A program made the translations under genes and the position numbers. A model generated the notes under the pieces. It made no database searches. It had not been told where the DNA came from and saw nothing but the letters and a program-made list of their open reading frames with translations. Of a DNA stretch of 64,000 nucleotides, positions 9,342-18,028 are shown piece after piece (the first letter of the stretch is position 1; each line of letters begins with the position of its first letter). The stretch spans positions 106,350-170,349 of the forward strand of contig CBFDCQ010000001.1 in the NCBI GenBank assembly GCA_965603355.1. Reading direction: 5' to 3'. The stretch comes from an uncultured bacterium. GTDB lineage: Bacteria > Hydrogenedentota > CAZGCA01 > CBFDCQ01.

Positions 9342-10457
9342 TCAAATGCTACGCTTGTTTGCACGGTTGGATCTGGTATCGTCCCCTTGTTGCCCCTCGC
9401 GCTTGGCCTGCGCAGCAGGCTTCTGCAGCTGTCTTCGCTCCCGTCTATATTTGACGAGCCACCAAATCGCGGCTGTGGTAAGCATCCCTAACAAGCTTCG
9501 CTCAACCGCATTTGCCAGCAGGCGCGACGTCGAAGATTCGCGTCCTGAACCTAGGATCGTCAGATAAATGTAAACGGCAAGTGTGCAGACGAAGAACCCA
9601 GCCGCAAATATTGCGTTCCTCCATTCCTGAGCCCGGCGCAAGTTGTCTCTCACGCGTGCTACCTTCCGCGGACCAGACTCCGGCTCAGGCCGATCAGGAG
9701 TGAACCAAGCTGCGCTCGTCGCCCGATATCGGACGTAGGCAATGAGCCTGTCATAACCTCGCGTCGCAGATGGTATCTCGAGAGTAGTGCCATCCTTCGA
9801 GACCAACTCAGTCACCTCAGACGATTGAGCCCCATACTGGTCATATCTCCAGCTCTGACTCACACGCTGTAGCGCAGTCAAGACTACCTCGCGCTGTTTT
9901 CGACCGCGTTTGTGAATCAGTTTGTCGCCGCGTACGATGAAGGCGCCCCACGGCAGCGCTCGGAGTCCGAGTGGGAAACGTGCTTCACCCACGGCTTCCA
10001 CCTCTTTCGCCAGGGCTTCTTCAAGCTGGGTGAGTTTCTGCGTCAGCATTCCGTGCACAGGCGACTCCGCACGCAGGAGATAGGAGTATACTTTCAACCG
10101 TTTTCCCCAGGCGTCGCGCAGAATGATGACCTTCAACCCGCCTAGAAACCGTCGCACATCGTACTCCGCGATCTGATCCCACCGCATGGACCGGCTGCCC
10201 GACAAAGTGATGTAGCGAATCTCGTCATCGTTCCATAGATATACCCCATGTGCTCTCGCCAGAACGTAAATGCAAAGGCAGAGTACTGCCAGCGCCAGCA
10301 TCACACCTGGCAGGTGCTCGCTGATTTCTCCAGTTCGAATCTGCGTTAAAAAGAAACGTAATAAGGACAAATAGAGTACCAGGACACCGAAAGCATAGAT
10401 CCTGAAATTGAGCATCGGTTTCGCCACTCTTATCCGCTTTTCCGCGTTGCTACTCAT
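9342..10457 (-). CDS. hypothetical integral membrane protein
   Basis: 371 aa with N-terminal and C-terminal TM helices, a central soluble region and a basic C-terminal tail. No family recognised. Confidence 0.5.
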   Translation of the reverse strand: MSSNAEKRIRVAKPMLNFRIYAFGVLVLYLSLLRFFLTQIRTGEISEHLPGVMLALAVLCLCIYVLARAHGVYLWNDDEIRYITLSGSRSMRWDQIAEYDVRRFLGGLKVIILRDAWGKRLKVYSYLLRAESPVHGMLTQKLTQLEEALAKEVEAVGEARFPLGLRALPWGAFIVRGDKLIHKRGRKQREVVLTALQRVSQSWRYDQYGAQSSEVTELVSKDGTTLEIPSATRGYDRLIAYVRYRATSAAWFTPDRPEPESGPRKVARVRDNLRRAQEWRNAIFAAGFFVCTLAVYIYLTILGSGRESSTSRLLANAVERSLLGMLTTAAIWWLVKYRRERRQLQKPAAQAKREGQQGDDTRSNRANKRSI

Positions 10458-10613
10458 GCCCCACCTCGTGGCTTTCGTATTCGCCCCGCAGGGAAATGTT
10501 CCCTATACTCCTATAATAATACCACTATTCTGCGGAAAATATTCGAGAAATGGGCGGAATTCTCCTACGGGCCGATATTGGGAGGCGCTGTTCCAGCCAA
10601 CGCGCCCCACGAG

Positions 10614-10695
10614 CGTCATTCCCGCGAAGGCGGGAATCCAGGAGGAAGCAAAGGGTTCATCTACGGGCGTGGTTCCCCGCCTTCGCGGGGATGAC
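10614..10695. repeat. inverted-repeat pair of two 25-nt hairpin units (GTCATTCCCGCGAAGGCGGGAATCC and its near-identical reverse complement), MITE/BIME-like
   Basis: Arm 1 is 10614-10638 and arm 2 is 10671-10695 (GGTTCCCCGCCTTCGCGGGGATGAC). Each arm contains a cccgc/gcggg hairpin and the arms are ~32 nt apart. Confidence 0.6.
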
Positions 10696-10745
10696 GACAG
10701 GGGCGGTCGCCGTGGCGACCTGGGCTCCGTTCCGGAGTGACTATA

Positions 10746-10928
10746 TGGGCAGAGCAAGCCCTGCCCCTACATTGTTGTCCGTGGATTGGGCGTCTTGTCC
10801 GACAAAACCAAGGCGGGCAGGATGCCCGCCCTACATTTGGGCGTGGCATTTTGGCGCACGCTGAACACGAGACTCGGCCCTACGGAAGGCATTTCTGACC
10901 GGCACGGGCGGTTCGCGAACCGCCCCTA
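10746..10928 (-). repeat. cluster of three REP-like elements (GTAG + GC-rich palindrome), same orientation
   Basis: Units lie at 10746-10769, 10811-10833 and 10905-10928. On the minus strand each reads GTAGGG followed by an imperfect or perfect palindrome (gggcag..ctgccc, ggcgggca..tgcccgcc, gggcggttcg/cgaaccgccc). They sit in the 500-nt spacer downstream of the FG-GAP gene. Confidence 0.65.
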
Positions 10929-10955
10929 CACCGCACTGTTCGCGGCTCGTCCTTA

Positions 10956-13772
10956 TCAGCCCGGCTTTAGCGGGCTCCTCTTTGCAGCCCGCCGGGCACA
11001 TAATGCCAGAGTCGCCACAACGATAGCGGTAATCGTTCCCGCAAGGACAGGGTAACGGACGGCCAGTCCTACAAAAGCGACTGCCGGTTTCAGAACGAAG
11101 CGCACCGCTGCCCTGAGAGGCGCTCGGATCGACATGAACCGCGCAAGCGGCGGGCTATGCCTGTAGTACGCTCTGACGAGCGCACATCCTGCCCGATTCG
11201 TCAGCAGATACTTGTCCCTGAACTCGCGTAAGGCAGCTACCTCGTCAACCGAGGGCGTGCCGTACGCCGCGGTTGCTATGAAACAGGGCCCGCTGCTGCT
11301 GCCTCCACCGAGGCGCCGAGGAAGTGACGGTATGGAACCCGGGTTGAGCGGGTTCGTTCCCTGTGCGACCTCCGTTCCGTCTGAGTAACCGTCGTTGTCA
11401 GTATCACGGTCAAGCGGATCGGTACCGCAGACATTGACTTCCTGGCCGTCGGTAAGCCCGTCTCCGTCGGTATCCGGGTTGTCTCGGTCCGTCCCGATCA
11501 CCGCCTCCTCATTGTTGGTCAGACCATCATGGTCAGCATCGGGAGACTGGGTAGATAACAGGAGCGCCAGCAACCCGCCCTCTCTGCCGGCTGCAAGATC
11601 GGGGTATCCGTCCTCATCGAAATCCCCCGCAACGAAACTACGCAGGTTCGCTCCCACCTCGTAGGGGAAGGCCGCCTGAAACGTGCCGTCACCATTGCCA
11701 AACAGGATCGAGACACCCCCCCCACCATAATAGTACCAAGAAAACCAGTTTGTCACGGCCAAATCGCTATGACCGTCCTGGTCGAAATCCGCTATGATTA
11801 TGCCCTCAGGAGAAGTGCCCGCCGTGTAGCCGACCGCTTCCCCGAACGTGCCATCGCCGTTGCCGAGCAGCACAAGAACTTCGTTTCCGTAGTCGTTGGC
11901 AACCGCGAGGTCGGCATGCCCGTTGAGGTCGAAATCCCCGCTCGCGATGCCTTTGGGTCCTCCCCCTGCGGCATATGAAAGTGCCGGCTGGAACGTGCCG
12001 TCACCATCGGCCAGGAATATGGACACTTCGTCGCTCTCCGTGTTGGTCAACGCCAGGTCGGTGCGGCCGTCGCCATCAAAGTCGGCAACCGCCATGCCCA
12101 CGGGTCCCTCTCCCACGGCATATGAAACGGCGGACTGGAACGTTCCATCACCATTGCCGAGCAGCACAGAAACGATGCCTGCCTCCCAATGCTTCACCAG
12201 CAAATCCGCGTAACCGTTGCCATCGAAGTCGCCAGCCGTTATGCTTCCGGGTCCTTCTCCCACAGCATATGAGACTGCCGATTGAAAGGTCCCGTCACCG
12301 CTGCCCAGCAATATCGACACGTCGTCGCTGTCCCGGTTGGCTACAGCGAGGTCGGTGTGGCCGTCCCGGTCAAGGTCAGCGGTCGTCAAGCATAGGGGAT
12401 AATCACCAGCGGTGTAGTCTATGGCGGTCTGAAACGTACCGTCTCCGTGACCAAGCAGCACGGATACGCTGTCGTCGCCACCGTTGGCCGCGGCGAGATC
12501 AGTGTGGCCGTCCTCATCGAAATCGCCGACGGTGGCATCGGACAGGCGACGTTCTACACTCTGACTCAACGCCGCCTGGAAGGTGCTGTCACCGTTCCCG
12601 AACACTACTGAAACGCTCCCGTCCCAACCGTCCGAATCGTAGCTGCCCCACTCCGCCATGATGAGGTCCGGCTGGCCGTCGCGGTCAACGTCCTCCATCG
12701 CAAGGTGATACGGGTGCGTGCCGGACGCATAGCTCAAAGCTGTCCGGAATGTACCGTCACCGTTGCCTAGCAGTACCGTGACGGCGTCCCTGGACATGCT
12801 GCTCACCGCCAGGTCCACGTGCCCGTCGCCGTCACAGTCCCCGATCGTGATACGCGTTGGACGGAACCCCGTATCGTAATCCATCGCTGTCCCGAACGTG
12901 CCGGTGCCGTCGCCAAGCAGCACAGACACTGCGCCGCTTATCCCCCTGGTCACCGCGAGGTCAGTGTATCCGTCCTGGTTGAAATCCCATGACGCCAGGC
13001 TGCCAACGTACTCTCCGACGGGGTACTCGACCGCTTCCTGGAACGTCCCGTCACCGTTGCCGGACAGGACCCAAATGTCGCCAGCCTGAGTTTCCCAGTC
13101 TCCTTCGGCTACAACCATGTCGGTATGGCCGTTCCCGTCAAAGTCACCCGTGGCAATATCTTCAAAGTGCATGTGCGCGAGCCCTTCAAGCACTTCATAC
13201 TCCACCGCTTCCTGGAACGTACCATCACCGTTACCGAGACAAACCAAAACGCCCCAGTAGGCCGAGCTTGTCGCGAGGTCAATATGGCCGTCCTCGTCAA
13301 AGTCTCCTGTCAGAATGATGCCCGGGGAGAAGGCAGCATAATTGACCGCTGTCTGAAACGTACCGTCACCGTTGCCGAGCAGCACGGAAACGTCATTGCT
13401 CGTTATGTTCGTCACAGCCAGGTCCGTATGGCCGTCTTCATCGAAGTCCCCCGTCGCTATATGGTCCGGCACCGACCCGGCATCGCAGTTCCACGCTGTA
13501 AAGAACGTGCCGTCGCCCCGACCGAGCAAAACGGGAACGATGTTCCACTCTTGGTTAGTCACGATCACGTCGATAAGGCCGTCCTCATCGAAATCTCCCG
13601 TGGCCATACGGTGCGGCGAGAAGCCAAGCCAGTTGCCCACCCGACTGGGAAACAAGGGGTGTTGTGCGGCGGCTGTGGCTTGGAGGCCGACCACCACCGC
13701 GAGTGTGACGAATATCAAAACCGGGCTATGCAGTTTTCCACCAACTCCCCCTTCATCGTGCGCGTTTCTCAT
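10956..13772 (-). CDS. secreted FG-GAP/VCBS repeat protein: two 7-bladed beta-propellers, thrombospondin type-3-like Ca-binding repeats, C-terminal 'GPCFIATAAYG' box, TM helix and basic tail
   Basis: Fourteen repeats of '(T/A)GDFD(E/G)DGHTDLAV' with interleaved 'LLGNGDGTFQ'. TSP3-like 'DTDGDGLTDGQE / DTDNDGYSDGTE' repeats follow. The C-terminus has ...SSSGPCFIATAAYG... then a hydrophobic helix (VLAGTITAIVVATLALCA) and RRAAKRSPLKPG. The start is taken at MRNAHDE... (13772) ahead of a signal-like segment; the ORF-track start is 13838. Confidence 0.85.
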   Translation of the reverse strand: MRNAHDEGGVGGKLHSPVLIFVTLAVVVGLQATAAAQHPLFPSRVGNWLGFSPHRMATGDFDEDGLIDVIVTNQEWNIVPVLLGRGDGTFFTAWNCDAGSVPDHIATGDFDEDGHTDLAVTNITSNDVSVLLGNGDGTFQTAVNYAAFSPGIILTGDFDEDGHIDLATSSAYWGVLVCLGNGDGTFQEAVEYEVLEGLAHMHFEDIATGDFDGNGHTDMVVAEGDWETQAGDIWVLSGNGDGTFQEAVEYPVGEYVGSLASWDFNQDGYTDLAVTRGISGAVSVLLGDGTGTFGTAMDYDTGFRPTRITIGDCDGDGHVDLAVSSMSRDAVTVLLGNGDGTFRTALSYASGTHPYHLAMEDVDRDGQPDLIMAEWGSYDSDGWDGSVSVVFGNGDSTFQAALSQSVERRLSDATVGDFDEDGHTDLAAANGGDDSVSVLLGHGDGTFQTAIDYTAGDYPLCLTTADLDRDGHTDLAVANRDSDDVSILLGSGDGTFQSAVSYAVGEGPGSITAGDFDGNGYADLLVKHWEAGIVSVLLGNGDGTFQSAVSYAVGEGPVGMAVADFDGDGRTDLALTNTESDEVSIFLADGDGTFQPALSYAAGGGPKGIASGDFDLNGHADLAVANDYGNEVLVLLGNGDGTFGEAVGYTAGTSPEGIIIADFDQDGHSDLAVTNWFSWYYYGGGGVSILFGNGDGTFQAAFPYEVGANLRSFVAGDFDEDGYPDLAAGREGGLLALLLSTQSPDADHDGLTNNEEAVIGTDRDNPDTDGDGLTDGQEVNVCGTDPLDRDTDNDGYSDGTEVAQGTNPLNPGSIPSLPRRLGGGSSSGPCFIATAAYGTPSVDEVAALREFRDKYLLTNRAGCALVRAYYRHSPPLARFMSIRAPLRAAVRFVLKPAVAFVGLAVRYPVLAGTITAIVVATLALCARRAAKRSPLKPG

Positions 13773-13957
13773 TGTTCTTCCCTCCGTTATTGATATAACG
13801 ACCTTGCCCCTCTTGCCGAGCCGTACAGGCTCCCTCACACTCCTAATGACGTGAAAGCGGAATTACGATCAAACAGAATGCGTTTCTTCTTGGCCCTGCC
13901 GTGCCGGAAGCCCCCAGCCGCCGCAGCCTTACAAAGAGAACCACGGTCGCGTGCGCT

Positions 13958-16900
13958 CTAGTAGGACACCCCCAGGACCGGAGCTGTCGTCCATCCCCAC
14001 TTGATCAGTATCTTATCCGGCGGCAGGAGTGACGTGTTGCCTAGACCGTACCATGGGCCGAAATAGTCCGTATCGCCCACGCACCCATACTTCAGCTTGA
14101 AGTTCTTCACGTAACCGACTTCGCCGCAGATGTGCAGTTGCGTCTCCGGTCTGCCTTTAAGGATCATCATGTTTATCGACGCATCCGGCGCATCGATGTA
14201 GATATCGCAGTAATCCTCCCAATCCAGGTAGGCCTCCTCCCCGCAGGCCACAATCAGGTCACCGCCACTGTCAGTAACCTGAATCGTCAGCGTGTTCGTA
14301 TCCAAGTCGCGGTAGGCAACACAGCCGGGTTCGGTGTAAGTTACCTTTATGTCTCCGATATACTCCCTGTACGCCGCTCTCGTGCTGGCTGGCGACTCGC
14401 CTGCAACGGCACGCTCCCCGATATCGTCGTCGTCAAACGGTACGTCGAACGGCTTCGGTTTGAGCCCGACCGGCAGTTCGAGTTCTCCGAACCGCTCTTC
14501 GCCCTGCGCAGGGACGGAACGAATGTCCGGGTACTCCACTCCGAGCACAGGCGCGGTGGCAGCGCCCCGCTTTATCAGGATCTTCTTCGCCGGATCCTCA
14601 GCCGTGCTGCCCAGGCCGAAGTCCTCGCCGTAAGAGAGCGTGTTGCCTACGTACCCGTGCTTTAGTATGAAGTTCTTAACGTAACGGACCTGCCCGCAGA
14701 CATAGAGCTGTGTCTCCGGTCGCCCCTTGAGGTTGATCTTTTTGAGCGACGCATCGGGCGCGTCAATCACGATATCGCACCGATCGTTCCAGAAGAGAGC
14801 GGCCTCCTCCCTGGCGACCACGGTCAGGACTCCCGGCTCGTCGCCCCATACCGAGATGAGGAGCGTATCGGCCAAGTCGTCATAGCACGCGAAACAGGTC
14901 GGCTGGCTATAAACCACTTTAACGTCATTCACGAAGGCCTTGTATGCGCGACCCTCTGCCGGCAGCGCCTGGTTGACGTGAACTACGGTCGTCGCGCTGT
15001 CGGATCCCGTCGGACCAGATACAGTGAGCGTGACCGTGTAGTCGCCCGTGAAGTAGTAAGTATGCGCCGGGTTCTGCGTCGTGCTCTCGTACCCGTCACC
15101 GAAATCCCACGACCAACTCGTGATCATGCCCGTCGATTCGTCCGTGAAGTCTATGGCCAGCGGTCTGGTGCCGCCAGATACGCCGGCGCTTAACGCTGCA
15201 ACAGGCGATAGCAGCTCCACGTCACTGTACTCGTCGGCGCCGATATCGTACTCCGTGCCGGTGCCGTCCGCGCCAACACCCGGCACATCAACAGGACGCG
15301 GCTCGCCGTCCATATCGGTAGACGGCGCGCCATCGCCGGTGCCTGCATCAATGCACGGAGACGTGGCGCCGAGGTGGTAGTTGCCTGCTCCGGGGTCAAC
15401 GAATTGCGGGTCGCCGTCCAGATTGTCCTCGGCTTCAGCCAAGACTGCATTGAGCCCGTTCGGGCCCGTTGCATCGGTGATGGTCACAAGACCTTCATTG
15501 AAATACACCCCGTCCGGATTGTTGTAGAACAGGCAGTTCTTCACGATGGGATCCGACTCGTCGTCGTTCTCGTAAATCGCGTGGTTGTTGTTGTTCGCGA
15601 AAATGGTGTTGACGACCATCCCTTCACTGTCATGGAAAAGCACGCCTCCTGCGCGGTCGTCAGCGGAATTATCTACAAGCGTGCAGTTTGCGACTCTGAC
15701 GTCCGTTTGGAACTCAAAATTCAGTGCGCCGCCGTGGTATGAAGCATGATTCCCTACAATCAGACAGTTGGCGATGACCGTGGAGAAACCTTCGTGACAT
15801 TCGATCGCTCCCCCTTTACGACTCCGATTGTTCAAGAAGGTGCACCGGTCGACCTCAAGAAACGATTCATAAGAACTGATTCCGCTCCCCAAGGCGTCCG
15901 TCACGTTGTCCTCGAACAAGCTGTCACTTACGGACGCACTCCCTCCCCACACCTGGAACCCTCCTCCTTCGAACCCGAAGTTATCCCGGAACTGGCACTG
16001 GACAATAACTGCAGAGGATTGAACCACGGCTATGGCGCAGCCATATCGGCCTTGGTTTCCCGTGAACAGGCAATTCTCGATGGTGATACCCCAGGCGCCG
16101 CTGACGCACTTGATTCCACCGCCGCCCCAAGCTTGACTACTGTCCGCGTTGCCGCCGGTGATCGTGAAGCCGTCGATACCGACGTTATACAGGCCGTCGC
16201 AGACAATCACGTGAGGCGTAGCACCCTGCCCGTCCAACGTGGTCACATGCACATCCGGGTCGCGGTCCCGGAACAACGCGTCGCCCGTGGCCGGAAATCC
16301 TCCGTATAGCGCCATAGCGCTCTCCAGCATGACTGGGGAACCGATGTTGTACGTATCCGCCGCCACCCATACGTCCTTCCCCTGAGCTGAAGCCGACGCT
16401 ACTGCATTGTGGAGGCTGTGCAGCGCCGTGGCCCAGGAGTTCCCGGTCGTGTTGTCACCGTTCGGCGACACAAACACCGGGTCACGCAACTGCTGTACCG
16501 GATCGGTTCCGTTGTCGACCTCCTCTCTGTCGGTCCATCCGTCACCGTCCGTATCCACCTGCTGCGGGTCCGTGCCATGAACGTACTCCTCGCCGTTCGT
16601 GAGTAAGTCGCCGTCCGCATCCGCGTCGGCATCGTCCTCAAGCGGCAGGAGGTCGTTTGCCTGTTCCCACCAGTCCGGCATGCCGTCCTCGTCGGAATCG
16701 ACGAGTTCATCGAAGCCGATATCATAGCCTAGATGCACCGGCCGTTCCTCGCCGTCGAAATCGCCCGCCGGCGCATTTTCGCTCGTGCCCGCGTCAATGC
16801 ACGGCGAGGAGGCCTGCAAGTGGTAGCCACCCGCGTCAGAGTTCACGAATAGGGGATCGCCCTCGATGTTGCCTTCCGCTTCCGCCATAACCGCATTCAA

Positions 16901-18028
16901 ACCGCCAGGCCCTTCCGCGTTAAAGATGGTGTCCGACCCGTTATAGAAATAGACGCCGTCGGGATTACCGAAGAACAGGCAGTTCTTCACGGAAATGTCC
17001 TGTCCGGAGTCATTCTCAAAGATAGCGTGGCCATTGTTATTCACCAGGACCGTGTTGGCTATTGTAGCGTCGCAACTGTGGGCGAACACACCGCCTCCCT
17101 TGGGGGCGGAGTTGTCGACAATGGTGCAGTTCATGATTGTGATATTCGCTTCAAATCCCAGGCTTATACCGCCGCCATGATCGGTCGATGTATTCCCAAC
17201 AACCAGACAGTTGGTGATGTTGATCTCATTGCTCTGGTGAATATCCACCCCGCCGGAGCCGTATGAACCTCTGTTGTCAGTGAAAGTACAGTGATTAACG
17301 GTTATGGAGCAGTCGTACCCGCTGATACCTCCGCCGTCGCGCGCTGAGTTGCCATGGAACAGACAGTCAGTGACCGTAGCTTGGGCTCGGTGCAGTTTAA
17401 GCCCTCCACCTTCGCTGGCGCTGTTGTACCGAAACTCACATCCCGTGACAGTCGCGCTGGCGTTATCGACATTCACTCCGCCGCCAAAGCCACTTATCCT
17501 ATTGCCCTCAAGAACGCAGTCCACTATCGTGACATCCGAACTCCCGCCGACACAAGCAATCGCACCGCTGCCGGCATACCCAGGACCTCCCCCTATGCAG
17601 TCTGTAAGCGCGAGTCCGTCGATCCTCACACCGCTCACATTATCGCAGACAATCAGGTTGTCGGCGGCGCCCTGGCCGTCCAACCTCGTAGCATACTCGG
17701 AAGGATCCCGGTCATCGAATCCCGGGTTACCCGCCGACGGGAACCCGCCGTACACAGTGACACCACTCTGCATCGTTATTGCAGAACCGATACTGTAGTC
17801 ACCCGCCGCTATCCAGACATCCTCGCCCCCGGACGCGGCCTGCGTTACCGCGTCATGGATGCTGAGAAGGGCAGTGGCCCACGAATCACCCGTCGTGTTG
17901 TCCCCGGTCTGGGCCACGTACACCTGGGCATAGCACTCTCCCGCTAAGACGAGGCACAACGAAAGACAGAGGACATATAAAAGAGGCCGAAGGAAGCCTG
18001 AATGCCGTTGGTGTTTCATGATTTCCAT
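13958..18028 (-). CDS. giant secreted Pmp-like right-handed beta-helix protein: two duplicated beta-helix modules, TSP3 repeats, PKD domain, two tandem novel Cys-containing C-terminal domains
   Basis: Signal peptide (LLYVLCLSLCLVLAGECYA). There are many GGA[ILV]/GGGI and FxxN motifs (CTFTDNRGS, CLVVGNTST...), as in chlamydial polymorphic membrane protein repeats / PbH1. TSP3-like DTDGDGWTDREE repeats and a PKD-like segment (WDFGDGYESTTQNPAHTY) follow, then two ~138-aa homologous C-terminal domains. Confidence 0.85.
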   Translation of the reverse strand: MEIMKHQRHSGFLRPLLYVLCLSLCLVLAGECYAQVYVAQTGDNTTGDSWATALLSIHDAVTQAASGGEDVWIAAGDYSIGSAITMQSGVTVYGGFPSAGNPGFDDRDPSEYATRLDGQGAADNLIVCDNVSGVRIDGLALTDCIGGGPGYAGSGAIACVGGSSDVTIVDCVLEGNRISGFGGGVNVDNASATVTGCEFRYNSASEGGGLKLHRAQATVTDCLFHGNSARDGGGISGYDCSITVNHCTFTDNRGSYGSGGVDIHQSNEINITNCLVVGNTSTDHGGGISLGFEANITIMNCTIVDNSAPKGGGVFAHSCDATIANTVLVNNNGHAIFENDSGQDISVKNCLFFGNPDGVYFYNGSDTIFNAEGPGGLNAVMAEAEGNIEGDPLFVNSDAGGYHLQASSPCIDAGTSENAPAGDFDGEERPVHLGYDIGFDELVDSDEDGMPDWWEQANDLLPLEDDADADADGDLLTNGEEYVHGTDPQQVDTDGDGWTDREEVDNGTDPVQQLRDPVFVSPNGDNTTGNSWATALHSLHNAVASASAQGKDVWVAADTYNIGSPVMLESAMALYGGFPATGDALFRDRDPDVHVTTLDGQGATPHVIVCDGLYNVGIDGFTITGGNADSSQAWGGGGIKCVSGAWGITIENCLFTGNQGRYGCAIAVVQSSAVIVQCQFRDNFGFEGGGFQVWGGSASVSDSLFEDNVTDALGSGISSYESFLEVDRCTFLNNRSRKGGAIECHEGFSTVIANCLIVGNHASYHGGALNFEFQTDVRVANCTLVDNSADDRAGGVLFHDSEGMVVNTIFANNNNHAIYENDDESDPIVKNCLFYNNPDGVYFNEGLVTITDATGPNGLNAVLAEAEDNLDGDPQFVDPGAGNYHLGATSPCIDAGTGDGAPSTDMDGEPRPVDVPGVGADGTGTEYDIGADEYSDVELLSPVAALSAGVSGGTRPLAIDFTDESTGMITSWSWDFGDGYESTTQNPAHTYYFTGDYTVTLTVSGPTGSDSATTVVHVNQALPAEGRAYKAFVNDVKVVYSQPTCFACYDDLADTLLISVWGDEPGVLTVVAREEAALFWNDRCDIVIDAPDASLKKINLKGRPETQLYVCGQVRYVKNFILKHGYVGNTLSYGEDFGLGSTAEDPAKKILIKRGAATAPVLGVEYPDIRSVPAQGEERFGELELPVGLKPKPFDVPFDDDDIGERAVAGESPASTRAAYREYIGDIKVTYTEPGCVAYRDLDTNTLTIQVTDSGGDLIVACGEEAYLDWEDYCDIYIDAPDASINMMILKGRPETQLHICGEVGYVKNFKLKYGCVGDTDYFGPWYGLGNTSLLPPDKILIKWGWTTAPVLGVSY

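Noticed and set aside
11975-12661. 228-aa plus-strand ORF (and neighbours 11896..12213, 13125..13793)
   Set aside because: Antisense to the FG-GAP gene with an Arg/Pro/Cys-rich low-complexity translation.
10956-13772. Highly periodic ~180-nt repeats that could be mistaken for a CRISPR-like or tandem-repeat array
   Set aside because: They are in-frame FG-GAP/VCBS coding repeats (GDFDxDGxxDLAV) within one long ORF, with no spacer/repeat alternation of CRISPR type. No cas genes are present in the window.
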